Translations under genes and position numbers: made by a program
Notes under the pieces: model-generated
What the model saw: only the letters and a program-made list of their open reading frames with translations
What the model was told of the DNA's origin: nothing
The model's database searches: none
Assembly: GCA_963849325.1 (NCBI GenBank)
Contig: CAWKHF010000009.1
Coordinates: 423,439 to 487,438 of the forward strand
DNA from: an uncultured Planctomycetota bacterium
GTDB lineage: Bacteria; Planctomycetota; Planctomycetia; Gemmatales; Gemmataceae
Direction of reading: 5' to 3'
Length of the DNA: 64,000 bases
Shown here: positions 59,392 through 64,000 of the stretch, piece by piece
How the letters are laid out: each line of letters begins with the position of its first letter
How positions within the stretch are numbered: position 1 is the first letter of the stretch

Positions 59392-60006
59392 TCGTGGTTA
59401 TTACTCCCCGCCTTCATTTCTCCCAACCGGGAGACGAGCCTGGGAAGCGAGGCGGTCGAAAGGGGGCACGGAATTCGCCCGGCCCCTTAGGGAGCAGAGG
59501 GGCATTCCAGGGCGGTCTCTTCTCGCCGTCACGTTTGTTGTTGCGAAGGAGATACGGTTGGAGCATTTGCCGATTCGTCAACTTCCGCGGGATCGGAGGA
59601 GGGGTTGGGCGAGTGCTCGACGGACGGAGGAGAAGAGGTGACCGCAGACAAGCTCGGAGAAACCGCCCTGTTCGTTTCTTGCTGATCCGACATACTCATC
59701 GCCTAACCATCCATCCCTCTCTCGGCTCCCGCTGCGCCGAGGAGGGAGGACGAGGGACCAGACTTCAGCATTCCCGCAGCACCCACCCGGGCCAAGGATG
59801 GCCCGCCATAAGCGACCATGGGAAGGTAGGGGTCGAGGGGAGGGACCGGCAACGGCCCTTCTCGCAAGTGGTGCTGCTGGATGCTGAGGTCTTTTCTTCC
59901 GGAGCGTGGCGGACGATGGTTCCGCCACGCTCCGCTCGACTTGGCCCGCAGGATGATCGAGGCCGCGGCCGGCTGCCTGAAGGATTCGGGGCAGCCGGCC
60001 ATTTTT
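59392..60006 (+). ncRNA. Candidate large structured RNA or leader of unknown family
   Basis: Several long helices with G-U pairs on the + strand, no credible ORF, bounded by a promoter and a terminator. Confidence 0.45.
59967..60006 (+). terminator. Intrinsic terminator upstream of metH
   Basis: GGCCGGCTGCC...GGCAGCCGGCC followed by ATTTTT. Confidence 0.6.
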
Positions 60007-60114
60007 CCCAATCTCCCATCCCCGAAAACGTCTCTCGCCGTTACACTATCGTCTAACCCCCCGCCGCGAACGGCTTAGCGCTAAGCCGTCCGCGGCCGAC
60101 CGACGAGGGACGAG

Positions 60115-63833
<3,719 letters not shown>

Positions 63834-63841
63834 GCGTGGGA

Positions 63842-63870
63842 TTGCCGGGCTGCGCGGGCGCTGCTAGAAT
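63842..63870 (+). promoter_or_regulatory. tRNA-Ser promoter
   Basis: TTGCCG-17 nt-TAGAAT with extended TG. Confidence 0.65.
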
Positions 63871-63910
63871 GCCGTTCTGAAATGCTCCCGGACCATTCCA
63901 TTCGAGGGTC

Positions 63911-64000
63911 GGAGAGGTGGCTGAGTGGCCGATAGCGCCGGTTTGCTAAACCGGTGTCGGGGTAACACCCGACCACGGGTTCGAATCCCGTCCTCTCCGC
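63911..64000 (+). tRNA. tRNA-Ser(GCT), running to the window edge
   Basis: Acceptor GGAGAGG/CCTCTCC, anticodon arm CCGGT-TTGCTAA-ACCGG, long variable arm, GGTTCGAATCC. Confidence 0.96.

Noticed and set aside
59461-59480. tmRNA-like 5' end (GGGGGCACGGAATTCG)
   Set aside because: No matching T-arm/acceptor 3' end or tag reading frame was found.

Overview
High-GC chromosomal window from a planctomycete, probably Gemmataceae. The call rests on DUF1559, DUF4058, a Gemmata-type ECF sigma factor and characteristic REP-like palindromes. Many conserved host genes (lpxC, ompH, rtcA, aroF, metH) are split by small indels, which most likely reflect read or assembly errors. The main accessory feature is a 14.8-kb tyrosine-integrase element (18944-33737) inserted in tRNA-Lys(CTT); unusually, it duplicates the 5' half of the tRNA. 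It has no recognisable capsid, terminase, replication or conjugation genes. It does carry (i) a virion-like operon (LamG/repeat fibre protein plus a GT25 glycosyltransferase) and large-phage-type proteins, and (ii) a co-oriented five-gene module bounded by a promoter and a terminator-like hairpin. That module encodes a hypothetical protein, two paralogous Cys/His proteins resembling phage prohead-protease motifs, a trypsin-like protease and a HEPN-like protein, and is a candidate undescribed anti-phage system. Other highlights: a ~600-nt highly structured ORF-free transcript candidate upstream of metH; an ECF sigma with a (PQ)13 microsatellite linker heading a secreted Cys-rich protein/mannosyltransferase cassette; a DUF1559-MFS-PhyH-ArsI-ArsR operon; and tRNA-Ser(GCT) at the right edge. 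All family calls come from motif recognition by eye, not from database searches.
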